NCBI GenBank assembly: GCA_963825135.1
Contig: CAWGRW010000009.1
Span: 1,600,001 to 1,664,000, forward strand
Length of the DNA stretch: 64,000 nucleotides
Direction of reading: 5' to 3'
DNA from: an uncultured bacterium
Lineage (GTDB): Bacteria > Desulfobacterota_D > UBA1144 > Nemesobacterales > UBA2774
Below are positions 42,548 through 51,940 of this stretch, in pieces. Within the stretch, counting starts at the first letter, position 1, and each line of letters opens with the position of its first letter. A program made the position numbers and the translations under genes. A model generated the notes under the pieces. It did not search any database. It was not told where the DNA came from and saw only the letters and a program-made list of their open reading frames with translations.

Positions 42548-42564
42548 TGCTTAATAACTAGGCA
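42548..42564. promoter_or_regulatory. NtrC-like enhancer palindrome
   Basis: TGCTTAATAACTAGGCA (TGC-N11-GCA) about 110 bp upstream of a sigma54 promoter. Confidence 0.5.
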
Positions 42565-42674
42565 TTTAGATTGATTTTCCGTCTTTCTCCTGCTCCTCTT
42601 TTGTAGCTAAATAATTCAAAGATAATGGGCGAAAATGATAAGAATAGCGCTCCGACCCACATAAGAATCCCAGA

Positions 42675-42690
42675 CGGCATATTTTTTGCA
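42675..42690 (+). promoter_or_regulatory. Sigma54 (-24/-12) promoter of the porin gene
   Basis: CGGCATATTTTTTGCA, exact GG-N10-GC spacing. Confidence 0.65.
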
Positions 42691-42821
42691 ATCATTACAA
42701 TCTAAAGACCGATTTCACAATAGACACGGGGAGGACCTTGGTCGGTAATGCTGCCAGGGCTTAGGTGTCAGCTCTTATAGGAATAAGGCTCATAAACTAA
42801 TTTAAAGGAGGATAGGTCAGA

Positions 42822-44159
42822 ATGAAAAAGTTAACGATAATGCTTCTGATGTTAACTCTTTTGCTGCCGTTCGGTTCGATCCCTTCATTTGCGCAGAGCA
42901 CCCAGCAGGAAATCCAGGAGCTCAAACAGATGATAGAGCAGAACAGCAAACAGAACGAAGAGCTAATGAGGAGGATAGAACAGCTCGAATCTGAGAAGGC
43001 CACTACTCAGGTAAAGATGGAAAAGTTCATGATGGAGCAGGAAGACAAGGACCAGAAATATGACGGTCTCATGACATTCTTTGATTCGATAGACCTCGGG
43101 TTCTATGTGGATACAACGTACCAATACGTGTTCAATCGCGGTCTTACGGACAGTCTGCAGTTAAGGGCGCTTTATCCGGATAACCAGCAGTTCGCCCTGA
43201 ACGCCTTTACGATCTCGGTGTCGAAGACGCCGTCGCTAGAGGGCGGGCTGATGAACCTGCTCGGTTTCAGAGCGGATATACTCTTCGGAGAACAGGCTAC
43301 GGAACTGGGCGGCGAAGGTTTCGACAGCGACGTTGTCGACCCGTACCAGGCTTACCTTCAAGTATTGGCCCCGGTCGGGAACGGCATAAACATATTCGCG
43401 GGCCGGTTCGTGACCCTGGCGGGATACGAGGTCATAGAGGCATGGAAAGACCCGAACATTACGCGTTCGATATTATTCGGATTCGCAGTTCCGTTTACCC
43501 ATACCGGTATAAGGACCAATTACACCGCAGGGCCCATAACCTTTACGGCCGGTCTTAACAACGGATGGGACCAGGTCGAGGAGCTCAACGATTCCCCGAC
43601 GATAGAAAGCCAGCTGGCTTACAGCTATGCTGGGACCACGATATCCAGCGCCTGGCTCGGAGTAACCGGTTATTTCGGCAAAGAGCCGAGCGGTCTAGGG
43701 TTTGGCGGCGAGGGATGGCGCGAGCTTATAACCGCGGTGGGCACGATAACGTTTGTAGAGAAGATCTCACTCATAGTCGATGCCGATTTCGGATGGCAGA
43801 AAAATGTCGTGACCGATGATCTCGGCTCCGAAGACAATGTGTCCTGGTGGGGTATAGCGGGGTATGTGGTCGTCGATCCGCACCCGGCGGTAAGGCTATC
43901 GCTCAGGGGCGAATATTTTGATGACCCCGAGGGGTACAGGACCGGTCTTAACCAGAAATTGTTCGAGGTCACGCCGACTCTGATTTTCAAGCCCTTCAAG
44001 GGCCTTATAGCGGGTGACAAGTTCCTCGACAACTTTGAGGCCAGGGCTGAGTTCAGGTGGGACCATTCGGACGAGAATTACTTCATAACGAAAGACGACA
44101 GTCTCAAAAAGGATCAGTACGGTATTATGGGGCAGCTGCTTTACTGGATCCAACTGTAA
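42822..44159 (+). CDS. Outer-membrane beta-barrel porin (OmpL-like/BBP2 type) with N-terminal coiled coil
   Basis: Signal peptide, coiled coil, AGRFVTLAGYEVIE...SILFGFAVPFTHTG, RGEYFDD. Confidence 0.8.
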   Translation: MKKLTIMLLMLTLLLPFGSIPSFAQSTQQEIQELKQMIEQNSKQNEELMRRIEQLESEKATTQVKMEKFMMEQEDKDQKYDGLMTFFDSIDLGFYVDTTYQYVFNRGLTDSLQLRALYPDNQQFALNAFTISVSKTPSLEGGLMNLLGFRADILFGEQATELGGEGFDSDVVDPYQAYLQVLAPVGNGINIFAGRFVTLAGYEVIEAWKDPNITRSILFGFAVPFTHTGIRTNYTAGPITFTAGLNNGWDQVEELNDSPTIESQLAYSYAGTTISSAWLGVTGYFGKEPSGLGFGGEGWRELITAVGTITFVEKISLIVDADFGWQKNVVTDDLGSEDNVSWWGIAGYVVVDPHPAVRLSLRGEYFDDPEGYRTGLNQKLFEVTPTLIFKPFKGLIAGDKFLDNFEARAEFRWDHSDENYFITKDDSLKKDQYGIMGQLLYWIQL

Positions 44160-44227
44160 TGGACTTGATTAACAGTTTGAGGCTCTAAAGGTTACTCATC
44201 TCTCCATATCTCCTTTGTGTGGGCGGG

Positions 44228-44266
44228 AGGGAGAACAGCTCGTAGTTTAAGCTGTTCTCCCTTTTG
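44228..44266 (+). terminator. Rho-independent terminator after the porin gene
   Basis: AGGGAGAACAGCT-loop-AGCTGTTCTCCCT then TTTGTCTTTT. Confidence 0.85.
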
Positions 44267-44310
44267 TCTTTTCGGGGCTTTCGAGGCGCCGACATCGATA
44301 ATATTCTCCC

Positions 44311-44339
44311 TTGCCTGTAAATTTTTAGTTAGGTAGAAT
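44311..44339 (+). promoter_or_regulatory. Putative sigma70 promoter of tRNA-Phe
   Basis: TTGCCT-17 bp-TAGAAT about 55 bp upstream of the tRNA. Confidence 0.55.
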
Positions 44340-44393
44340 TAAACCGCTTTTTGGATATTAGCGTTTCCGGTTCTGTTTTTTTTAAACACTTAT

Positions 44394-44466
<73 letters not shown>

Positions 44467-44613
44467 TTCACTTGCACCATTTATTACCTAGCCAGCTCGT
44501 GGAGCTCCGCCGTTTCTAATCTTATCCGAAATCCCGGGGTTTTGGCCGGCATTTGATCTTCTTTCATTACCCAACGTGTCCTCTTGTGAATATACGGTTA
44601 ATTTTCCATATTG

Positions 44614-44655
44614 TTGCAAAAATTCGATAGATATTTTTGTTGGACTATATATAAT
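44614..44655 (+). promoter_or_regulatory. Putative activator box plus -10 element (copy 1)
   Basis: TTGCAAAAATTCGATAGA-18 bp-TATAAT; same layout as 57769-57810. Confidence 0.55.
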
Positions 44656-44668
44656 AGAATGACTTTAT

Positions 44669-44730
44669 ATTATTATCTTCCTTCTCGATGATGTCGGCTG
44701 GATGGACCCTGGATTCATCGATGGAGGGAG
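44669..44730 (+). pseudogene. Arylsulfatase N-terminal relic
   Basis: Reads IIIFLLDDVGWMDPGF (sulfatase metal-binding DD motif, AslA-like); no start codon, stops soon after. Confidence 0.65.
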
Positions 44731-44858
44731 TGGCTCTCAATGTCGTAGTGTCGGGTATAACGATCAAACTAGAATCTGCGATACCTGATTCAGAATAAAA
44801 ATTTTATTACTGACGAGGAACGTATCATCTTTAACTAAATCAAGGGGGGTAAGTTAAA

Positions 44859-46580
44859 ATGAAGGAAAGATGTAATACGTACATCACTACGTTATGTGTA
44901 GTCCTGGTGGCCTTAGCATCGATCGCCATTCCGGCGGTGAGTCAGGAAAAGAAACCCAACATTCTCTTTATTATGGGCGACGACATCGGTTGGATGCAGC
45001 CCTCTATCTACCACCGTGGCCTGATGGTGGGGGAAACACCTAACATCGACCGGATAGGGCAAGAGGGGGCGATCTTCATGGATTACATGGCTGAAGAGAG
45101 TTGCACCGCCGGGCGCAATGCGTTTTTTACTGGCATGCATCCTCTGCGTACAGGCATGATCCCACCTCAATTGCCCGGCAGCCCGTCCTACCTGCGTCCC
45201 GGTACTCCAGCGCTGGCTAAGTTCTTATTAGATCTCGGCTATAACACTGGTGAATTTGGTAAAAACCATTTAGGTGACCATCCTGCTGCGCTACCAACAG
45301 CCCATGGTTTCCAGGAATTCTGGGGCTATTTATATCACCTTGATGCCATGCAAGGGGTTAGTTTCCCCGATCTCAACAAGACCCCGCTCGTGCAAAGCAT
45401 TGCACCACCTTGTAAGAACGAGCCCATCCCCGGGGTGCCTGAGGTACCTGATGCTGTCGATCCAAATACGACAGCCTGTCTAACACCACCGCGCCCGGTC
45501 CTCTGGTGCAAATCCAAGGACGGTACCCAGAAAAACCAGAAATGTAAGGACGAGGGCCCGCTGACGCTGGAGCGCTCGAAGACGGTGGATGAGGAGATTT
45601 CAGCCAAGGTCATCGATTTCCTCGACCGCAACGATCCTGAGAAAACCGGAAAGCCCTTCTTCATCTGGTACAACCCGGCGCGCATGCACGTCACCACTGT
45701 GCTTTCAGAAAAGTACATGGCAATGGTTGGTGAGCCCGGCGGCAAGGACTGGGGTGTCAACGAAGCTGGGATGAAGCAGATGGACGACAACATTGGCTAC
45801 GTCCTGAAGAAGCTCGAAGACATGGGTGAGTTAGATAATACGATCATCGCATTCACCACAGATAACGGTGCTGAGGTTATCACCTATCCGGATGGCGGCG
45901 TCACCCCGTTCAAAGGGGGAAAGCTGACCACCTGGGAAGGCGGTATGCGAGCTCCCTTGGTCGTACGTTGGCCTGGACACATCGAGCCCGGTACAGTCAA
46001 AAACCAACTATTCGCGTCCTTGGATTGGGTACCGACTTTTGTTGAGATCGCTGGTGGTCCAAAGGGTGACGGACTAAAAAAGCAGATCGAGGCGGGCAAG
46101 TACCCAGGTATCGTTAAGACAACATTAGATGGTGTCAGCCAGGTCGACTATTTAACGGGCAAGTCCGAGAAATCGGGGCGTGATGTTTTCTTCTACTATA
46201 GCGGTTCGAAACCTTCAGCGGTGAGGTACAAGAACTGGAAGATGTATTACACGATGGTTCCCACTAGCCCGACTGGCGCGATGAAGGGGGCTGTGAGCTA
46301 TTCATGGACCATGGTCAACAACATCAAGCGTGATCCCTTCGAGATAGCGGGTGGGTTGGACGATATCAAGACTGTAAACGCCGTTGGCGGTGCGCTCGCT
46401 GGGCCAGTGACTGCTTATATCTACGACTGGAACATGCTACCGCTAGGCCAGGTGCTATGGACGAAAGAGCTCGAGTCGTACAAAGAATTCCCGCCACTGC
46501 AGGCACCAGAGTCCTACAACCTAGATGGCATCATTGAAGAGATGAAGAACTCAAAGGCTTCAAGTCACGCGGGTCAATAG
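44859..46580 (+). CDS. Arylsulfatase (Cys-type, secreted)
   Basis: Signal peptide, KPNILFIMGDDIG, SCTAGR (CxxxR), GKNHLG, TTDNG. Confidence 0.93.
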   Translation: MKERCNTYITTLCVVLVALASIAIPAVSQEKKPNILFIMGDDIGWMQPSIYHRGLMVGETPNIDRIGQEGAIFMDYMAEESCTAGRNAFFTGMHPLRTGMIPPQLPGSPSYLRPGTPALAKFLLDLGYNTGEFGKNHLGDHPAALPTAHGFQEFWGYLYHLDAMQGVSFPDLNKTPLVQSIAPPCKNEPIPGVPEVPDAVDPNTTACLTPPRPVLWCKSKDGTQKNQKCKDEGPLTLERSKTVDEEISAKVIDFLDRNDPEKTGKPFFIWYNPARMHVTTVLSEKYMAMVGEPGGKDWGVNEAGMKQMDDNIGYVLKKLEDMGELDNTIIAFTTDNGAEVITYPDGGVTPFKGGKLTTWEGGMRAPLVVRWPGHIEPGTVKNQLFASLDWVPTFVEIAGGPKGDGLKKQIEAGKYPGIVKTTLDGVSQVDYLTGKSEKSGRDVFFYYSGSKPSAVRYKNWKMYYTMVPTSPTGAMKGAVSYSWTMVNNIKRDPFEIAGGLDDIKTVNAVGGALAGPVTAYIYDWNMLPLGQVLWTKELESYKEFPPLQAPESYNLDGIIEEMKNSKASSHAGQ

Positions 46581-46717
46581 TAAAGCATGCTAACATACTC
46601 TGATTAAGCAGCCTTCTCGTGCAGTAGTGCCACGAAATCCGGACTCGAGTTGTCTCGGCCTGAAAAACTTGAGTAATTATAATATTACTCTTCATTTTGT
46701 CTTGAATAGGAGGTTTT

Positions 46718-47293
46718 ATGAATATTAGAGTAACATGTATCGCGCTTATCATATGCTTAGTTTGCCTTATGGCTTGTGCCAAACCGCAGGGCAACACTCC
46801 TCAACAGAAGAGAGATTTTGTCAATGAAATGGCCGCTGATACGCTAACTGAACTTAACGAGAAAAATCCTGAAACAAAATCACTGATCGAAAACGCCGTA
46901 GGCTACGGAGTTTTTAGTGACATAAATACTCAACTTTTGTATTTTGGCACAGGCAACGGATATGGCGTAGTAACCGACAATTCCGATGGATCCAAAATCT
47001 ATATGAGGATGGGCGAGGCAAGCGCGGGGCTAGGAGTTGCGCTAACGGATTTTCGTGAGGTAATAATATTTAATGATCATGGTGCGTTCACTAATTTCGT
47101 AACGGAAGGCTAGAGTTTTGGCGCTCAAGGGGAAGCGGCGGCTAAGTATCAAGGAACAGGGGCGGAGACATCAGGTGAAGTTCCATTAAATTCAGCAGTT
47201 TTAGTTTATCAGATAACCGAATCCGGAATAGTGTTAAGAGCAAATATGAGTGCTTCGAAATATTGGCTTGATAGTGATTTAAATAATTTCTAA
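46718..47293 (+). pseudogene. YSC84-like lipoprotein with an internal TAG at 47111-47113
   Basis: Lipobox LMAC; GYGVF, GNGYGVV; same frame continues SFGAQGEAAAK...VYQITESG...KYWLDSDLN to TAA at 47293. Confidence 0.75.
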
Positions 47294-47401
47294 TAAAATA
47301 GTACAATTAGTCATTCGGAACTGACAATTTTCCGCAGATAAGGACAATTAACACCATATATGTTTGTGAGATAAAGCCAGAATTTTTTTAAGGACAATAC
47401 T

Positions 47402-47528
47402 ATGACGAAACGACTTATTGAAAGTCTTACCATCTTGACATTACTCATGATTGCTTTGTTGCTTCCCGATTCGTCAATTGCCGCAAATAAAAAAGCCCAA
47501 TACACTAGTTATTTTTGGTGATGGCTGA
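47402..47528 (+). pseudogene. Sulfatase N-terminal relic (signal peptide plus PN..GD motif)
   Basis: MTKRLIESLTILTLLMIALLLPDSSIAAN, then after a one-base slip in an A-run KKPNTLVIFGDG-stop. Confidence 0.6.
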
Positions 47529-47537
47529 CTACATAAA

Positions 47538-48489
47538 TTGAATTTTAAATCACCCGTCTATCTTATTGTTGTCTTAGTAATCATAGTTGCACTAGGATAT
47601 TTATATATTAGATACTTTTCTCTACCACCCGATAAGACGGCTCAACCTGTAAGCACAGTAGGCAATGAACCGAAAGCGACTCCCCCTAATTTCGTCCGGG
47701 CTCAAGTATGCGTGGAGTGCCACAAGTCTGAGTACGATCTCTGGCAGGGCTCGCACCACGACTTCGCCATGCAACATGCAAGCGATGATACCGTGCTCGG
47801 GGACTTCGGCAATAAAGAGTTCGAGTATTACGGTCTCAAATCCGAGTTCTCTAAGAAAGACGGCAAATTCATGGTCCGAACAGACGGTCCAGACGGGAAG
47901 CTCCATGACTACGAGATAAAATTTACATTCGGCATCTATCCCCTTCAGCAATACCTTGTCGAATTCCCGGACGGACGCCTCCAAGCCCTCGGTATCGCCT
48001 GGGACACCAGGCCCGGCGATGAAGGGGGACAGCGGTGGTTTCACCTGTACCAGGAAGAAAAAATCACTCATGACGATACACTCCACTGGACAGGCATCGA
48101 CCAGAACTGGAACCATATGTGCGCCGAATGCCATTCGACGGATCTCAAAAAGAATTACGATCTTAAGACCGATTCATTCAAAACAGGAAGCTTTGAATGC
48201 GTTCGAAGAATCCGTTAAATTAAGCCCTGGTAACACTCGATACAGGTATGTCTATGCGGTTGCGCTCAATGATGCCGGCAAAAAATCCGAGTCTATTCGT
48301 GTGCTGGAAGAAGCACATAAGCGACGCCCTGCAGACCGTGAAGTCTTATACGCGCTTATCAATTTCAATCATAATAATGGTGACATATCCGCCGCGACTG
48401 AGTATGCTGAAAAGTTGTTGGAGTTATCACCTAATAACCCTGATGTTGCCCACCTTCTTGATGAACTCAAAAGGCGTGACAATCGATAG
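47538..48489 (+). pseudogene. Multiheme cytochrome c/TPR protein with internal deletion and frameshift near 48184
   Basis: CVECH and CAECH heme motifs, PLQQYLV; joins out of frame to a TPR tail EALNAFEESVKLSPGNTRYRYVYAVAL. Confidence 0.75.
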
Positions 48490-48549
48490 CAGGGCAGGGT
48501 TATCGTCTTCTCAGGTCACTATATTAGTATTAGTAGAAACTGTTCCCTC

Positions 48550-48599
48550 TTTTTTACCAAAGAATAGCCAAAGATTTTTTACCAAAGAATAGCCAAAGA
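48550..48599. repeat. Perfect 2 x 25 bp tandem repeat in the att arm
   Basis: TTTTTTACCAAAGAATAGCCAAAGA twice. Confidence 0.9.
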
Positions 48600-48724
48600 A
48601 CCAAACGAAATTTATGGTATTCTATGAACCAAATGTAATTCCCTGCATTAAATAATCCCCCCTAAATTCAAGGGTTTAAACTAAATTTCAATGTATTCAG
48701 GAAGTTAGAATCTCGGGCTAAAAC

Positions 48725-48772
48725 GGACTGAAAATCCTCGTGTCGGCGGTTCAATTCCGTCTCCGGGCATTC
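48725..48772 (+). repeat. tRNA-Phe 3' fragment copy 1 (att-like core)
   Basis: 48 bp identical to 44422-44469. Confidence 0.95.
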
Positions 48773-48843
48773 TTAATATTAATCATTTGTTATTGTAGCT
48801 AGCCTCAATTTATCTTCTAATCTTTAGATTGCCGAAACGCCGC

Positions 48844-48872
48844 TTGACAATATAATTGTAATGTTCTTTAAT
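48844..48872 (+). promoter_or_regulatory. Putative sigma70 promoter of the module 2 sulfatase
   Basis: TTGACA-17 bp-TTTAAT. Confidence 0.55.
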
Positions 48873-48916
48873 CATAAATATTAATCAGGTGCAAGTAAGC
48901 AAATTAAGGAATACAA

Positions 48917-51379
48917 TTGAATCTGAAGCTCACTACACCTTTTTTCAATACTGCGCTGGTATTGACGTTTGGTATAGCTTTGATATTGGCAGCCGGTCTG
49001 TTCGGGTTGGCAGCTGCGCAGGAGAAGGCCCCGGAACAGGAAACTGACCGGACCGTGCTCCCAATCGTCCCGCCTGAGACACCGACCATCACGGAGCTTG
49101 ATGCCCGCAAAGCCACTGCGCCACCGCGATTCGAGGTGAAAGCGCCGAAAGAGGCACCCAATGTAGTGATAATTCTGATAGACGATATGGGATTCGGACA
49201 AGCAAGCACCTTCGGAGGTGCTATTCCTATGCCCACACTTGACACTGTCGCGTCGCAGGGACTTCTCTACAACCAATTTCACACCACTGCGCTTTGCTCA
49301 CCCACTCGGATGGCCATACTCACAGGGCGTAATCATCATTCGGTAAACACCGGGGCCATTATGGAGCTCGCGACATCATATGCCGGGAACACGGGCGTTC
49401 GTCCGCTCGAGACCGCTCCACTCGCTGAGATACTTCGGCAGAACGGCTACAGTACTGCGGCGTTCGGGAAGTACCACGAGACGCCGCCCTGGGAGGTTAG
49501 CGTGTCGGGTCCCTTCGACCGGTGGCCCACTCATTCAGGATTCGACAAGTTCTATGGTTTCATAGGCGGCGAGACGAACCAGTGGGCGCCGCTACTCTTT
49601 GACGGCACCACTATGGTAGAGCCGCCGAAAGACCCTAACTATCACTTTACCGTAGATATGACGAACCAAGCTATAGCGTGGGTTCGTGCTCAGCATTCTA
49701 TGACTCCAGATAAACCGTTCTTTATTTACTACGCTCCAGGCGCTACACACGCTCCACACCATGTGCCCAAGGAGTGGATCGCGAAGTTCAAGGGGAAATT
49801 CGACGAGGGGTGGGACAAGTATCGTGAGGAAGCCCTCGCTCGGCAGATAAAGCTTGGCATAGTGCCCGCTGGAACAAAACTAGCCCCTAAACCGGATGTA
49901 ATTAAAGACTGGGACAAGCTCACACCCGACGAGAAAAGGCTATTCGCACGGCAAATGGAAGTATTCGCCGGATTTGCCGCGCAGACCGATTACGAAATCG
50001 GGCGCCTCATGAATGCCCTGAAGGAAATGGGAGTGGCCGACAACACGCTGGTGTTCTATATGGTCGGCGATAATGGCGCTAGCGCAGAGGGCGGTATGAC
50101 GGGGCTATTCAACGAGATGACATATTTTAACGGTGTCTCCGAGCCGATCGAGTTCCAGCTCAAGCATATGGACGAGCTCGGCGGACCTAATGCATTTAGC
50201 CACTACGCGGCCGGATGGGCCGTGGCCGGCGACACGCCGTTTGAGTGGGTCAAGCAGGAGGCGGGGAGCTACGGGGGCACTCAAAACCCGCTCGTTATAT
50301 CATGGCCCGCGCGGATAAAGGCGAAGGGGGACATCCGAACGCAATTTCAATATGTGACCGATATAGCGCCCACTATCCTGGAGGCCGCCGGTATTCCAGA
50401 GCCGAAGATGGTGAACGGCGTCACGCAGCGCCCAATGGAAGGGGTTAGTATGATGTACACCTTCGACAACCCAAAGGCGAAGAGCCGCCACAACACACAA
50501 TACTTCGAGATCGCGGGGAATCGAGGCATATATCATGACGGTTGGCTCGCCGGCACCATCCACAAGGCGCCGTGGGAGTTAGTGCCCAGGCAGCCGCTCG
50601 ACAAAGACGTGTGGGAGCTATACAACACCACGGAGGATTTCAGCCTTGTGAACGACCTCGCGGCCAAGTACCCGGAGAAACTCAAGGAGATGCAGGCGCT
50701 ATTCATGACGGAGGCGGTGAAGTACCACGTCCTTCCGATCGATGACCGTACCATAGAACGATTCAATGCCGCAATCGCCGGCCGTCCCGATTTAATGGAC
50801 GGACGCAGTACGCTCACGGTCTATCCGGGGATGCATGGTATGATGGAAAACGCGTTCATCAACGTGAAGAACCGTTCGAACGAGATTACTGGTGAGCTCG
50901 AGATTCCTGCGGCTGGCGCCGAGGGTGTAATCCTCGCACAAGGAGGCCGCTTCGGCGGTTGGTCGCTGTACGTGAAGGACAACCACCCGATGTTCGCTTA
51001 CAACTGGCTCGGTCTGGAGATGTACAAGGTTCGGTCTTCCGAACCACTCCCGGCTGGGAAGGTGACACTACGCTACGTCTTTCTTTACGACGGCGGGAAA
51101 CCGGGTTCGGGAGGGACAGAGAGTATATTCATTAACGGCCAGAAAGTGGCCGAGGGACGCATAGGGAAGACGCAGTCTAATGTGTTCTCGGCGGACGACG
51201 CCGCCGACGTAGGCATGGATGAGGGAACGAATGTGACCGACGACTACAAGCAGTGGGACAACCACTTCACGGGGACCATCCAGAATGTGACAATAAATAC
51301 CAGTGAAGCGAAGCTCACGCCGGAGGAATTGAAGAAGTTAAGGGAAGAGAATATAGATACTGAATTGAGCATTGATTGA
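48917..51379 (+). CDS. Arylsulfatase (Cys-type, long form, secreted)
   Basis: PNVVIILIDDMGFG, LCSPTR, GKYH, GATHAPH, GDNG, C-terminal GGRFGGW domain. Confidence 0.95.
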   Translation: MNLKLTTPFFNTALVLTFGIALILAAGLFGLAAAQEKAPEQETDRTVLPIVPPETPTITELDARKATAPPRFEVKAPKEAPNVVIILIDDMGFGQASTFGGAIPMPTLDTVASQGLLYNQFHTTALCSPTRMAILTGRNHHSVNTGAIMELATSYAGNTGVRPLETAPLAEILRQNGYSTAAFGKYHETPPWEVSVSGPFDRWPTHSGFDKFYGFIGGETNQWAPLLFDGTTMVEPPKDPNYHFTVDMTNQAIAWVRAQHSMTPDKPFFIYYAPGATHAPHHVPKEWIAKFKGKFDEGWDKYREEALARQIKLGIVPAGTKLAPKPDVIKDWDKLTPDEKRLFARQMEVFAGFAAQTDYEIGRLMNALKEMGVADNTLVFYMVGDNGASAEGGMTGLFNEMTYFNGVSEPIEFQLKHMDELGGPNAFSHYAAGWAVAGDTPFEWVKQEAGSYGGTQNPLVISWPARIKAKGDIRTQFQYVTDIAPTILEAAGIPEPKMVNGVTQRPMEGVSMMYTFDNPKAKSRHNTQYFEIAGNRGIYHDGWLAGTIHKAPWELVPRQPLDKDVWELYNTTEDFSLVNDLAAKYPEKLKEMQALFMTEAVKYHVLPIDDRTIERFNAAIAGRPDLMDGRSTLTVYPGMHGMMENAFINVKNRSNEITGELEIPAAGAEGVILAQGGRFGGWSLYVKDNHPMFAYNWLGLEMYKVRSSEPLPAGKVTLRYVFLYDGGKPGSGGTESIFINGQKVAEGRIGKTQSNVFSADDAADVGMDEGTNVTDDYKQWDNHFTGTIQNVTINTSEAKLTPEELKKLREENIDTELSID

Positions 51380-51670
51380 ACCCGAGGATTTAATTGAGCT
51401 CTACCTAAACGATGCCGAAGCCGCCTGAATCTTTATAAAATCAAAGTAAACCATGAAAAGATAACTTGCTAATTTGATGCGATCCTTGAGTGGTATTCCA
51501 GGGTGCAGTGATTGCATTTAATTTTTATCAAGGAATGGTCAAAGAACCATCTGTGATCCTTTGTTCCAAATGTAAATAATCGACCACATGGACTACACGG
51601 AAATCATTTAATGTCGAAGAGTTGCTGCAAATTCAAAAATACCAATTAGTTGCAAAAATTATCCAAGTAT

Positions 51671-51717
51671 GACTGAAAATCCTCGTGTCGGCGGTCGGGG
51701 TCCGTCTCCGGGCATTC
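51671..51717 (+). repeat. tRNA-Phe 3' fragment copy 2 (T-loop altered)
   Basis: Matches 44423-44469 except T-loop TTCAATT changed to TCGGGGT. Confidence 0.93.
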
Positions 51718-51940
51718 CTCTTTTAAAATCTCCGGCTTCTCTCTACGTAAGTATGGAAATCTACACCATTAATATTCATTTCTTATATTTATAAATACTT
51801 TAGCCAGTCCGCTGCATACTACAACTCAATTAACTTCGGCGATACGATATTGAAATTTGTCCTACGGAGTCTGAATGCCGTGGTAGTATTTTAAATTTAC
51901 CGGGTGCGTTTAACGGAATTTATCCGGGCGGAGAACAGCA

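Noticed and set aside
47111..47113. Pyrrolysine or other stop-codon recoding
   Set aside because: TAG is used as a normal stop in other genes here, no pyl genes are visible, and a TGG-to-TAG mutation is simpler.
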